In this document: positions 48,074 to 60,900 of the stretch, piece after piece
Numbering within the stretch: position 1 is the first letter of the stretch
Layout: the number at the start of each line of letters is the position of its first letter
Assembly: GCA_907165135.1 (NCBI GenBank)
Contig: OU015568.1
Span: forward strand, 2,976,001-3,040,000
Length of the DNA stretch: 64,000 bases
Direction: 5' to 3'
Source of the DNA: Oikopleura dioica
Taxonomy: Eukaryota; Animalia; Chordata
Made by a program: the position numbers and the translations under genes
Notes under the pieces: generated by a model
Told to the model about the DNA's origin: nothing
The model's database searches: none
The model's input: only the letters and a program-made list of their open reading frames with translations

Positions 48074-51000
48074 AAAGGGAAAATGAGCAAGTTCTTTGAA
48101 AAAATCTTTTTAGACAATGCGTTTTTTTCTATTTTGACTTTGGAATTCGACTTCTTGTTCCCAAAATCGACCTGTTCCATAAATTTCCATCTTCAGTGAA
48201 CCAAGTGGCTTGTTTACCCGTTTAGCTTGGTAATGTATTCACCACGCGGGGCTGGTTATTTGTTTCGAAAATGCAACAAAACGTCACCGCCGTGGCGAAA
48301 ACTGGCCGGGCGGTCAAAGCAAAAGCAAAAAAAAACCTCGCGTGAAATTTCTTGCGCGCATTTTGACTACGAAATGCCTCCGGTCGTCGAATGCATAAAT
48401 TTCACACTTGTGTGATTCAACACCAACTTGCGGTGAGTCAACAATCCATTATTTTTCTATCACCAAATTTAAGGGCATCACTTTCTTTTATTGGGTTAGG
48501 GTTAGGATTAAGCTTAGAGTCAGGGTTATTTGGGGTAAAAATATTCTAGTTTTTTCGATCATTTGATCCTTTTTTTATTTATTTCTTCCTTTTTGGACCT
48601 TGTAAATACCTTCTGATTAAGTTTTCTGAAGCTCTTGATCTCTTCAGCTCTATTACTTAGCCCTTCGTTTCTCAAGTTTTTTATTTCTTTTTTTCTTTGT
48701 TTGGGCGTATCAGCCCGTGATTTTCTCTCTATCTAGTGTAGAAGTAAATGGTTGAGTACTCTCAAAAGCGAACTGAGCGATAACTGAGCCAGAAACATTG
48801 TTCATCGTTGGTGAGCCCGAACGGTAAGCTATCTCCCGAGAACCTTGAAATTATCGGTTTTCAAAAGTATCGGTTTCGAAACTTCGACACCTCAAAACTC
48901 GCATTTCCGGTGATTTCACCTTTTGGTATGTTGCATAGAAAAAATTGCTGCACATTTCTGCGGTGTAATGACATGTGACGAATCATCCTTACGGACGGTG
49001 CCCGCGAGGATAATGAAAACTTTGCCATAGGTTAAGTACTTGGAATGCGGTCTATTCATCAAATTGAACATTCCCTGGTTGAAGAACAAAATTAGTCAAA
49101 AGATACAGAAGATGTGCCGCTGGTAGGAGATGACTGAAACCAGATGAGCGGTCAATTATCTTGCCTTCTGTCCCAATAAGCCGGATTCATGTTCATTTCA
49201 GAATATTGCATGCTTGGAAAGAAATATTGATCAAAGAAAATATCCTGCTTTAGCAAAGGAAAATCAAAATTTATCTACTTGCTCATAAGATCAATAAAAA
49301 AGGAAGTCATTTTTATTTTAAGTCTTCGGATTCCGACCCCACTCAAAACTATAAAATGAAATTTTCGAAAAGATATTTATGGTCTTTTTTTTTCTTCTTT
49401 TTTTTCCTTGTTAGACCGAAAAATGATGAGCTCATTATCTAGCTCATCAAAAGGCGGCTCAATTAGTCTAAATCTCATTATCATCAATTAATATTAAAGA
49501 CGACTCAAAACTTGTCTAAATGCATCTCCTGCTAAATAGCATTACACCCTCTTCATTTTTTCTGCTTTCAAGCTAATTTGAAGACGCTCCTCTTTCTTGA
49601 GCCCCTTTGTCCGAACTGTCAACCCTAAACGGGCAAGATCAAAAAGGGATGAACCGGGATAATACACAAAACTCGAGCAGGCGACACGATCAGAGACCTG
49701 TCAAACTTTGTCTGATCGATTCTTGGCGCGTCAAGGAGCTCATTCGAAATGGGGCTCACTTCAGACAGAATTCTTGAGTTTTCCGGGAGACTTCTTTCAA
49801 ATATCTATCAGCTGACTTTTCATACAAAAAAATTTTTGAAGAAGATCTCATTTAACCAAAAATTTGACGTTTTTAACCCATGAAGAAACATTTGTTGCTA
49901 GTGGGTTAAAAATACCAAATTTCTGGTCTGCTTTGATTCGAAATAAAAACACCTTTTTTCGGTCAAAAAAAAGTTGGTCCCCCATTCTTTGATAAAAATA
50001 ACATTTTCCCAAATTCAATATTGTTATTATCCTAGCCTCTTTTCTATTCATCCCTTTTGTCTCCTTATTTCCATGCTCATGAATGTATGAATTGGTATTA
50101 GAAGCGAGGATGAACCGAAGGAATCAGCTGCCAAGAAATCGCTTATGCAAGTTCGCCTGGAAAATGCGATCAGAATAAAAAATGAGCGTACTATTTTGGC
50201 GGCTTAAAAATTCTCAACAATGCCCACCTGCTTAGATTATTAATAATTCATCAATTTCCAAATGGTAATACTCAGGTAATACCCTTAATTCTCGCCTTGC
50301 CAAGCTTATGAGAAGCTCATCATGATAATAGTGTATTTTTGAAAATAGAAAAAAGTCGATACTTTGAAAAAAGAAAGAAAACGAGCTTGGGGCTCTTTGA
50401 TCGGACAGTAATTTATCTCCGCTTTTCTGGGGCGAAAGATCGATTGACCCGAAAAGGGTTAAAAATAGGAAGTAAAGCGAGTAATGACCCTTTTGAGATT
50501 TGCGATTAATGAGTTGATACCCTTAAATTTGGAATTAGTGGAATAAAAATTCGGAGACGGAATATTCATTCCCAAAATTGGATAAGAAACTGGCTACGTG
50601 TAAATTTGAGCCGGATAAATGAGGTCGCAAAGTTTGTGGTAAAAATTTCGCTCCCCGAAAATCAAACGGGGCAAATATTTTCCCTGGAAATACATTTGCT
50701 CTGTAATCCATTTAGTTTCTCCTCGACGTTCGAGGTTGTCAGCTGCCACCGCCGCGTTTTTTCACTTTTTGGACGCGTGTTTTGGGCACGCTTGGGCGCA
50801 TTTAGCGGCAAATTAAGGATCAGTTCTTTAGTCCTTCTTTTTCTTGGAGATTTCGAGGGTGTTATGTAAAGTCAGAGGGGATTATTTCGTTCGAGTAAAT
50901 TAACTCAATCGATCTCTACTTTGCTCGTTGTGTGCCCAAATCGCCAGGAGCGTGTCTGGACAACGGCTCGTTTATTACCCAAATTATCGGAAAGTTGATT

Positions 51001-54000
51001 GCCTAGCGGCTTAGGGCGACATGGCCCCGGGCGAGTGCAGATTTTCTGGAAGCTGGGCTCGGATTAGCATACTTGATGAATAACATTATTAAGGCTCTAC
51101 TTCAATTTTCAAAATTTCAGTCAATTGAGTGCTACACCCTTAATTTTTTCCTCAGTAAAAGAGAATCTAGCATTGACAAGCCAATAAGTCGTCAAAAAAC
51201 TCCATTGTATAAGCTAGGCAACTTAAAACCAACGTTATTGTCCCAGTCATTTTCCGAAACAGTGGCGAGTCTCCTATTTTGGCGGCCCATGAAGTGTGTC
51301 ACGGCTTTGAAGACGACGTTGATGGGCCGTTCAAGGGCCCAATTTTCACAGTTTATTGCGTCAAAAAGAGTCTTTCCTTTTTCCTTTGAGCTGGAATTAG
51401 TGGAGGATAAAATAAGTCTTCCGATTTTTCTCCGGAATCGTGATTTTTAAAGGGGTTAATCATCATTTAGGACGATCTGATTTCTTTATCGAAAGAATAA
51501 GGGGATACCCCACGATAAAAAAAAAGAAAAGTAAGGAGGATAACCTTAAATTTTCCCTCCAAAAGATGGATATTGGAGCATCAAGGCTGATTATACAATC
51601 ATTAATTCCTACATGCATATTTATAAGTATGAACATAAGTCGGATTCCCTCCGTCATATCAAAGCCCAGCGGGTGGTCATTATCACTAAGGATCGTCCAG
51701 CGCCATATGTTCGAATTTCGAATCGAATGAGCAAAAAATCGAAAGGCGAGGCGCCTTTTCTTGTCGGATTTTCACGAAAGCCAATAATAAAAGCTAAGAA
51801 ATGAAAATGTTTAAAAAATCAATTTGAAATATAAAAAAGCGAGATCGACAGAACTGTCACTTATCATAAAAAGGTACATCTTCGGGCCGCCCCCTTAATC
51901 CTCGGGAGTCACGTGCAACCGCGAAATTTTAGCCTTTGAAAATGGCGCCTGAGAAAAGGGTAATTTTCAAAGAATTTCGAGCCGGACATTTTTTGTGTTG
52001 AGATTTAGTGGGCATTTTTTGGCAAGGGAGGAAAAGTTCAGATAAAAATACCGATGGGGAGTTGCGGTTTCAACCCGTTGCGGTACCGCAGGAACGGAAA
52101 CAGACAGGCTAGGGGGCTTAGATGTGGGCAAATTGAAACAGCAAGTTGCCAAGACTAGAAAATAGTATTCGAATTTGAAAATTGAGGAGGAGAATTTTAT
52201 TCTGAAAAAAGGCTGGCTTGATCATTATTCATGTAAAATGGGGCCAATTAGGATGATGAATGAGTTTACCCCGGACCTCGTTTTTTCGAACAGCAAATTG
52301 CAATAAATCAACTGCTAAAATGGAAATAGAAGGTTGTCAATTTTTTCGCAGCAGATTTTAAAAATGATTCTTTTGCGTCAAAAAATAAAGGTGTGAATCT
52401 GTTAAAATTATCAGTCAAAAAAACAGGTTTAAATTTATCAAATTTGAAGGCAATTAAAAAGATAATTCCATTACTGAGAAACCAAACTGGGGCTCATGAA
52501 AATCCAAGCGTAAAATTCAACCCACCGAAGGAATAAGAAAACCCCAAAAGTCGGCCACAGGGAAAGTATAATCTTCTCAGCGCCCCTCTGAGATAATTCC
52601 GATCGACACCTGTAGTAGGTCACCTCCGAGTTGAGCGCAGCAGGTCTCAGGTGCCAAGGAGTTAAGGGGGGATTTCGGCAATTTGAAAATATACCGGAAA
52701 ATTCGATAGAAATAACTCTGATTTTGAGAAAAGACAACTCGAAAACCAAACACAATAAAAGTTTTATTGGGGAGTTTCTGTTTAAACATTGACGTAGCTA
52801 ACGAAACTTGCCTCAACTTCCGCCCTGCCCTGAGGCGAGTGAAGAAGAGATGTAAGGCCAATACACCGCCAAGGGACTACTTAAGGGCCTCCCTTAAGTA
52901 GTCAAGTAGTCGAGTAGTCGTTAAACTAAATCAACTTAGTTCAATTAAACACGGGCCGCTTTTTTATCAAGTGGGCTGTTTTTTGTCAGGATCTTCCTTT
53001 TTGGGGCCGGATTAGGCGGAAAAAAGCGGCCCGGAGCCGATAATTAGACGGAAAAGAATGAAAATGGATTACCGAGGGCATTTCCGGTGGAACTTTTTCT
53101 TTTCAATTTTTAAATTTTTGAGCTGGGAGAAAACCGTTCTAAATGGCTTTTAATTACTGCCGGATGTCCGGGAAATTTAGACCTTTTTCGAGATGATGCC
53201 CATGTGGGAAGGATAGATAAGGGTTTGCCGCGTCTCTTGGAAGAAAAATCTTTTTAGAATTTCGAGTCAAAAATGCAGAAAAAAGGGTTGAATCAAAAAT
53301 GTGAAAAAAACTTACAAAAATAGAAATTCTCGTTCTTGGCTTCTGAAGAGCTTCGTTAAATCTCTAGCTTCGATTGTTTCTCTTGTTGAAAAGTTTTGCC
53401 TTTTTTGCAGAAAAGTGGCAGTTTATGGGTGTTGTTTGTATTAGATTAGCGCATGGCTCGGCTCCGCGCGCTACCTTCGCTACCACCGCCGCGGTATACC
53501 AGCGCCACCTGGCGAAATGCGCAGCGCGCCCGTGCGCGCCATCGGAGCGGGTTGATGAAAAATACTTTATGAATTTAATTAAGCATTTTAAAGGCCTTTT
53601 CTTAACATAAAGTTGAAAGCATGTTCATCATGAATCTCAAAAATGCTTCGAAAACTTAGTCTGATTCTTAAAAAAAGTTCAGATTAAATGAAAAACTTAA
53701 ATTCTTATTGACTCATTTTATCAAGGAATTATGATTTCTGCATTGACGGTTTTCAGCTAAGAAAAGGATCATATCATCAGATTGCTTCTTTCTTTGGGAA
53801 CTTTCAGTAAAAGTAGATTCTATTCTAGGAAGATCTTGCTAAGCCTCCTCGAGAACAAGTGGCTATAGTCTGAAATGAAAACAGTCATTTTTGCATAATT
53901 CACGCATTCAGATTTCGAGTGACATCTCCACTGATCTGATTTTACGTTTTCATGCACCTGTTACAGCCACCTCCCTCCCATTCTCTCCATCAGCTGTTTT

Positions 54001-54421
54001 TGTTTTGAAAAAAGAAGCCGTTTTTGTGATTCTGAGCTCAGAAAAAAGAGTATCCTCTTTCTTTTTTGTCGCTTCTGACGGTCTTTGAACGGATCAACCC
54101 ACGATGACAGGTTAATTTTTATCGTCGCCTGATCACGTGGTATCCCGTTTCCGAATTTACGCACCGATTGTTTCTCAAGCCTTCTTACTGTCACTCAAAA
54201 AAAGGAAATGGAATTTATCTGGAATGAAAAAAAACTGCGATAAAAAAACTTTCCAAGCCTGAAAAGAATTTGGAACTACTATTCGGATGAATGGGGAAAG
54301 TGGGATGACTCGAGTGTGAGCGCATATCTTATCAGCGAGACGTAATTACGACTTGTACGGGCGAAATGACTTCCAGCAGTGAAATATGAGAAAAGGGAGA
54401 GAACACTTTCTTCTGCTCTGA

Positions 54422-54448
54422 GCAACCTGAGTAGAAACCTGAGTCAGG
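54422..54448. repeat. Solo left arm of the CCTGAGTCAGG family (a solo right-arm core also lies at 31960-31970)
   Basis: GCAACCTGAGTAGAAACCTGAGTCAGG with no nearby partner arm. Confidence 0.6.
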
Positions 54449-54549
54449 CCCTGTATTAAACAACAGGCTGTTTGTTAGCCTTTGTTTTTCCCGATTTTAT
54501 TTGTCAGAAAAAATTTTGAACCCAGAATTAATCCGTCAATAAAAATCTG

Positions 54550-54929
54550 TACCGTCGTTTTCCATCTTTAGAGCGTTTTTCAGATGACAAGGGTAGACCA
54601 AAACGCTCTTAAGTTGGAAAATTTACGATCAAACTAGGATGACAGTGGTAAAAAAATGATGAATGAAAATGCATAAAATGAATTTTTTCCATCTATTTAT
54701 GATAAAAAAATTACGATCTTTGAATCAGAGGCTATGATTTCACCTGAAAAAAAGCGTTGAAAACAATTTTTTTCAATGATTTTTCAGGTTGAAATCAACG
54801 ATATTCTAATTATTAATTAATAATTCCTAAAAACGCTCTAAAGTTGGGATTTTTTCAGATGACAAAATATGGAAAATATTGGCAAAAACGCTCTTAAGTT
54901 GGGCGCTCTTAAGATGGAAAACCACGGTA
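54550..54929. mobile_element. TA-flanked Tc1/mariner/pogo-type MITE
   Basis: TA-CCGTCGTTTTCCATCTTTAGAGCG ... CGCTCTTAAGATGGAAAACCACGG-TA (2 mismatches in 26 bp); internal AAAACGCTCT(T/A)AAGTTGG repeated three times. Confidence 0.75.
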
Positions 54930-55599
54930 TATTCTCCAAATCCAAGTACCCCCCTTTGTTTAATTTCCCGATCGGCATATCAGAGTCGTCAGGGGCTTTG
55001 ACAATTTGGACAAGGTCTCCCACAGGCAACTGATAAAATCACACTTGGGCGATAAATTGGCAGCCCACCGATGAGTAAATATGCACTTTGTCAAATAAAA
55101 TCCGCATCTTCAAGGCCACATCAATCAAATTTCCGATCGGATATCATGATTTCCAAAGTCGATTGCGATCTTCTTTGATTCCCAGAAATTTTCAGGTTCT
55201 CGAACATCGATTACAGTTACTCCACTTCCGAACTCGTTTTACAACTTGGATCGATTTTCGTTTCCTTTTTGTGTATCATGGAAAACCGGAAACTGAGCGA
55301 GTAACAAGTATTTGGAGAAGGCGGAAGTTGGAGAGCTAAAATACAGACTCGGGACTTTTCAGACTAAACATCGGCAAAATATTTACACTGGTGTTTTAAC
55401 GCGATTTTGGAGGGCTTGATGGTTACTACGAATGACTGAATAAATTTATTTATGAATTCTGTGAGACAGTTTTCACCCTGGGGGTAAATATTTTGGGAAA
55501 TTCACAAAATAAATTTTTGAATTAATTTTTGAGAGACCCGCGCAGTCGAAAGTTCAGTAAATATTTCTTCAATATTATTTTTCAAATTGCATTTTGATT

Positions 55600-57126
55600 T
55601 CAAATCATCTTGACGAGCTGACCATCGCCTTGGGTTATCTCATGAATTTGCGCTTTCGAACGGAACTCGCAGATATTCAAATAAGCCACTAAAGTTTAGT
55701 TTAAAATTTATTAACCAAAAGATACTACATTCAAGAAGACGTTGACCACCATTTAGTTCGAAAGAATTTCTTCCATGCAGCATTCTTCGATTGTTGAAAA
55801 CTTGAAAAAAAATTCCAATAACGATCTTTCAAAACAGAAACTCACCAAGACATTCACCAGCGTCAAGTTTTCTGATTGTTTTTGTCGGAGACTCGTTTAC
55901 TTTCTCCATGAAAAATCTGTACGCCTTCAAGTACTCGCTCGTCATCGAAACATTTTTGCTTTTTCCTTCAAATGCTGGTCCCCAGTTGATCCTCGTGATG
56001 ACTCCTTCGCCGTCAACGACGATATGCGGCTGTTCCCATTCGATGTAGACAGGATCGTCTCGATCCCAGTGGATTTTGATATCGGACTGGAGTCTCGCAC
56101 AGAACTTTGAAGTGATCTGGCGAGCATTTTCGAACCTCTTCCGCAACTTCGAATGCGTCGATCATGATTGATTCGCCACCTGAAAAAGAGAAATTAGACT
56201 TTTTCGATTTTTTCATTCTGCACATTAGTTCTCCAGAAATAGACTAGCTCATAGGAAATATTTGTTGAAACAATTCAGACAGAGTTTTGAGCAAAAACAT
56301 GAACGAATAACGCTTCAATAAAGAGGGCAAATTTTATCAATAAGCTCACTCAGATAAGTCAATTAATTAGTTTCGACAAAACTTTCGTCTTTTTCAACTA
56401 AATTTTTCCCTACCTTCGACGCATTCGTCGTTTCTTCTACAAAGCATGAAAGAAACTCCTGGTGGCGATTCCATGTAAGGATAGTCCATGTGCGGGCCGA
56501 GATAGATGCCCGAAAGCGCAATATTTATCGGATTCGGCCCATTCTTGATTTCCTGCGTCACTCCGTAAAGAGTCGTGACAGGTGGTGCAATCTTACTCTC
56601 GCAGCCTTTGATCACGCAGTAGCCGTCCTCCATCACATTTTTGGTAAGCGCGTGTTTTCCTGCTTCGTTTTCAAGCTCCAAGAAATCAACTTCGGGATTC
56701 GTGATTCGCTCGTATATCATTTTCGTCGCTGCTTTTGTTCGAGCGACTTCGTCTCTGACAAATTTTCTGAGAACTTCTCCCGGAATCATGCCCTCATGGT
56801 CCTCTCCTTTGATGCGGAATTTCAGGACGTCGTCAACGAAAAAAGCCGCTTCCAATTCAAGATCGCTAGGCCAGGAAAGCGGAGAAATGGTTTTTTGACC
56901 CGAGCCTTTTTGTCGGCAATCGCCGCAGTGGCAATTGAATCTTGAAATTTTCATCTCTCTTTTTGCCTTATTTAAATTCAAGGTACCATAGCCAAATTGT
57001 CGAAAAACTATACCCAGAAACATTTCCATTTGTTCGAAGAGCCAGATTCGCGTGATCAGCTGAAAATTGATTGACTCTGAAAAATCGTTGAAAACATTGT
57101 CTCTTGAAAATATTGAGCATTGTCAT
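55600..57126 (-). CDS. Gamma-butyrobetaine-dioxygenase-like 2OG-Fe(II) oxygenase (BBOX/TMLHE family); one-base frameshift at 56074-56077
   Basis: N-terminal Zn motif FNCHCGDC, HxD motif GPHMDYPYMESPPG, GGESIMIDAF, FNNRRMLHGRNSF; basic mitochondrial-type leader. Confidence 0.85.
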
Positions 57127-57974
57127 TTTTGAATATGGTAGAAAAATTCCTTTCCCGGCGGTTTTATGTTGGCCGAATTGAATCCTAAGGGACAAAAGTT
57201 CTCCTGAAATCCAGCCAAATCCAGTTCAGAGGCAACTTTTGCTGAAACAATTTGCAAAAAGTTTTGAGTCAAAACTTAATAGCATAAATATGAGGGAATA
57301 GAGCGTTCGTTAAATTTACAATAACCAAGTTTCGACATTTACACACGAGCTTTGCCGTCCTTAAAATCATTTAAATTGTAATTTTTAGGTTAATTTACCT
57401 GATGATTTTGATAGCTTGTTGGATAAAATGACGGTTATTTTTGAAAGAAAACAAGCCATTTTCTTATAAAACTAGATATAAAAACTAATCTTTATTGTTG
57501 AAAAATTTAGAAAGATGAGAGTTGTTTTAGGACGAAAGGTATATTTTCGAGTTTCTAGAGCTCGGGTCGATCTGAGCTTGTTGTTGCCATAAATGCTCAG
57601 ATTACTAGAGACCAGAAAACGCGGCGCAGCAGACGCAGGATTTTGCCGAAAACGCTGCCAAAATGGGCAGAGACTCGTTTTCGCGCTTCAGCAAAACTTC
57701 AAAAAGATTCACAGTCGGAATATGGGCGAACGGTAGGACGATTTCGCGGACGAAATATGTCTAAAATTATATTTCTTGAGAAGATAATAAAGACAAAGAA
57801 GTTTTACACCCTCATGCGGAGCTGTTTAGGATGAAACTTATTAGGGACTTCAGGAAGAGTCTCAATTTACCAAAAAATGCAAGGAAACCTGATTTTCAGC
57901 ATAAAAGATAATTTCGATCTAGAATTTTGCACCATTTTTGAGGCTCAAAAAGATTGCTAGAAAACTTAACAGAA

Positions 57975-60900
57975 ATGGAAGCAGACGTAGAAACGCCAAA
58001 GTACCACGCATCAGACATAACCGACCAGGCAGGATTTCCACTCCCCAAATGAACCCTTTTCTGTTCCATCTGGGCGAAGTGTAAATCCGTGCAGGCAAAA
58101 CGCTTGAAATTGCTGCAAGACAACCCGACAGCGCTCGTCAAATTCAACACCTTCAATAGGCGCAAGGGTAAGTTCTCTTCCTTGATGTCAGCCTGCTCAA
58201 CCGCTTTTCTAGACAAACAAGAGAACGCGGACCTAAATCAAGTTCAAAAAAGTCGACTTCATCGTGTTCGATTCAAGTAAAATCGATCAAATAAGTCCGT
58301 TAGTAATTCCTTTCTTCAGTCTCTCAGCATTTCCGCCTGTCTCTTACATCGCGAACGACATTGCGGATTCGAGGTTTTTCAAGAAGTTCATGAAGATCAT
58401 CGTTTATCTGAGTACATTGACTCTGATTTTGAGGACATCCCTCATTGTTGAAGGTATTCTCCTTCATTTTTGAACCTGTTCATTCGACAATTCTAGCGGA
58501 AAGATCATTCGAGGTGGCAAAGCCAAAGAGTGTTCCGATGGACATCAACTTCTGGTTCTTCAACACGATCGTGCATCCAGACTTTCCATCAACCACCATC
58601 TATGATAGATTTCCTTCCGAAATGCTTTCGACGATCAGACTAACGGGCGAACAACAAAGCGAGGAATATCCGTATTCGAATGACACGGATTCAAACGGCA
58701 ATACGGTTCATTCCTGCGATTTCGGACCGGATGATGGCTGGCCATTATGGGCTTCAATCTTTACAACATTCTCTAAAAGTCTGTCAGCTTGGGGCAATAG
58801 CAATGGTTCCGCCTATCCTCGATCTGCATGCGCACCGATTATTGGTAATATTCAAAGGTATTTCGAATTATGTACTCCGTGGAACATCACTTGAATAATT
58901 CAGGGAGATCTGGGCGCTGTACTACAGCGATTTCATCAAAGTGGTCGAATTGATCGTCAACTTGATCTTTACCATCGAATTCTTTCTCTACCAAGCCGAC
59001 GTCATTCTCGACTGGAACCCGTCGCGCTACTGGGGAAATGCTTTCAATCAGATGGAATTCGCCATTGTCGTCACTTGCTGGGTCTCTTATGCGATGGATT
59101 ACTTTGCAACTTCGTATTTCTTTCAATCTTTCTTCCATCAAAGGTATTTTTTTAACTATAAAAGCCAACTAGAGACTCCCAAAATAGAGTCCCTTTTATA
59201 ATCAGCAAATAATCTTTACAATTTTCTAGCCATATTGGAACCTTCGAAAACATATGCGGCGAGAACAACGACTTTCAAGCTACATTTTCTGAAGGATCTG
59301 GCTCGTTCACTTACGATCTCTCAGAACTCTGCCGCAAAGCCCGCGAAGAGCGAGACACGCCCGTCTACTCCGCCACAAATCCATTCTCAACGATCCTCTA
59401 CACGATTTTCAACCGACAAGAGGAGCATAAAAAGATTCAAGAGCGATTCACAGGGTCTGCAAATGGACGATATTGCGATGGAATGAAGAAATGGGGCTTG
59501 GAATCGGAAAACGGCTGGTTCTATACGTACCTTTGCGAGCACTCTGACCCCTATGAAAATAATTTCATGGGATTCATCGGCTACTACGGCTTGACTTCGA
59601 TTATCAAGAGCTTCCGTTTCATCAAAATCGTTTTCTTGGACACTCAAGTTAGACAGATTCTCATGGGTCTCCGAAAAGCCTTCAAACAGATGAAGATTAT
59701 CATCCTCCTAATGGGTCTTCTTTTGGTCTTCTTTATCTTCTTGTTCACCAGCTTTTTTGAAGTCCGCAACAACAAGCTTCGTAAGTAAAAATTTTAGTTC
59801 TTTATCATGCTACTTTCATTTTTTCACAATAAATTTTTAGAGAACAAATGGACATATGAAGATTTCTCCGCTGACGCTATTCGATATCAGCAGCTAAAAC
59901 CGGGTGAGGATGATGGTTTTGTCGTCTTCAGCGGTTTTATTGATATCTACTGGACTTTCGCGACGCTTTTTCAAATCCTCACTCTCGATCAATGGTCAGA
60001 AACCTTCGACAAGATCCAGCGCGGCCAGCTCGAGCACATTTACGACAACCAAACCTCTTTCTGCGACCTTCATTCCTTCCGATCCCTGACTGGCTACAAA
60101 GAACGATACGCAAGTGAGCAGTACGATTGGGGAATGAGCGAAATCACGAGCTACATTTTTGCCATCGCTCTTCCTCTGATGTGGCTTTGGCTTGCAAATG
60201 TTACTTTCAAGAACTTGATCACTGGCATTATTGTCAACTCGTTCCTTGAAGACTCGAATGAAAAGCGATACGATCAGACGGAAGAAATTATTGAAAACGA
60301 AGTCAAAGAGCTGGAAAAAGAACTGGCCGGCGAGTCGCAGTATGATCGAGTTCCGATAAGTATGATGGAACCAATAGGCTCCGCTGAATCTATGAAAACA
60401 AGTCAATCTGGCAAAACTGACATTGAGCTACAGGAATGGGGTCAGAATTCGACTAAGCTTGAAGCAAAAGAAGGCGGACTTTTTTACCCTTATTGCAGAG
60501 TGTTAATAATACGATCAAAACACTTGAAGAAAGAGCCCTTTTTATGCGAGAAAACTATTGGAAACCACATCGATGGCCACTATTCAAGAAACATTTTCCA
60601 TCTCTTAGTGAAATGAGCGAGAACTTGTGGCAGAACTGCTCCATCAAAGGCATTTTCGGACTCATCAAAATTGGGTTCAAGAAGATCTGGAACGCGCTGA
60701 TCAATTGCTGCAAAAAGAAAGAAAAGGTCGAAGACAGGATTCCTGATGCTTTTGGACATCATATTCGATCGTTTGGAGGAATGACGCTAGATATTGAAGC
60801 AGCTTCGGAGTCGACGCTTTTGAGAAGTGATGCGGATATGCCAAGCCACACGCAATACACTTTCGACTCTCACGAGCCGGACGATTCTGATGATGAAAAT

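Noticed and set aside
52952-53033. 14-bp inverted repeat CGGGCCGCTTTTTT/AAAAAAGCGGCCCG
   Set aside because: Single short instance with no TSD or second copy in the window.
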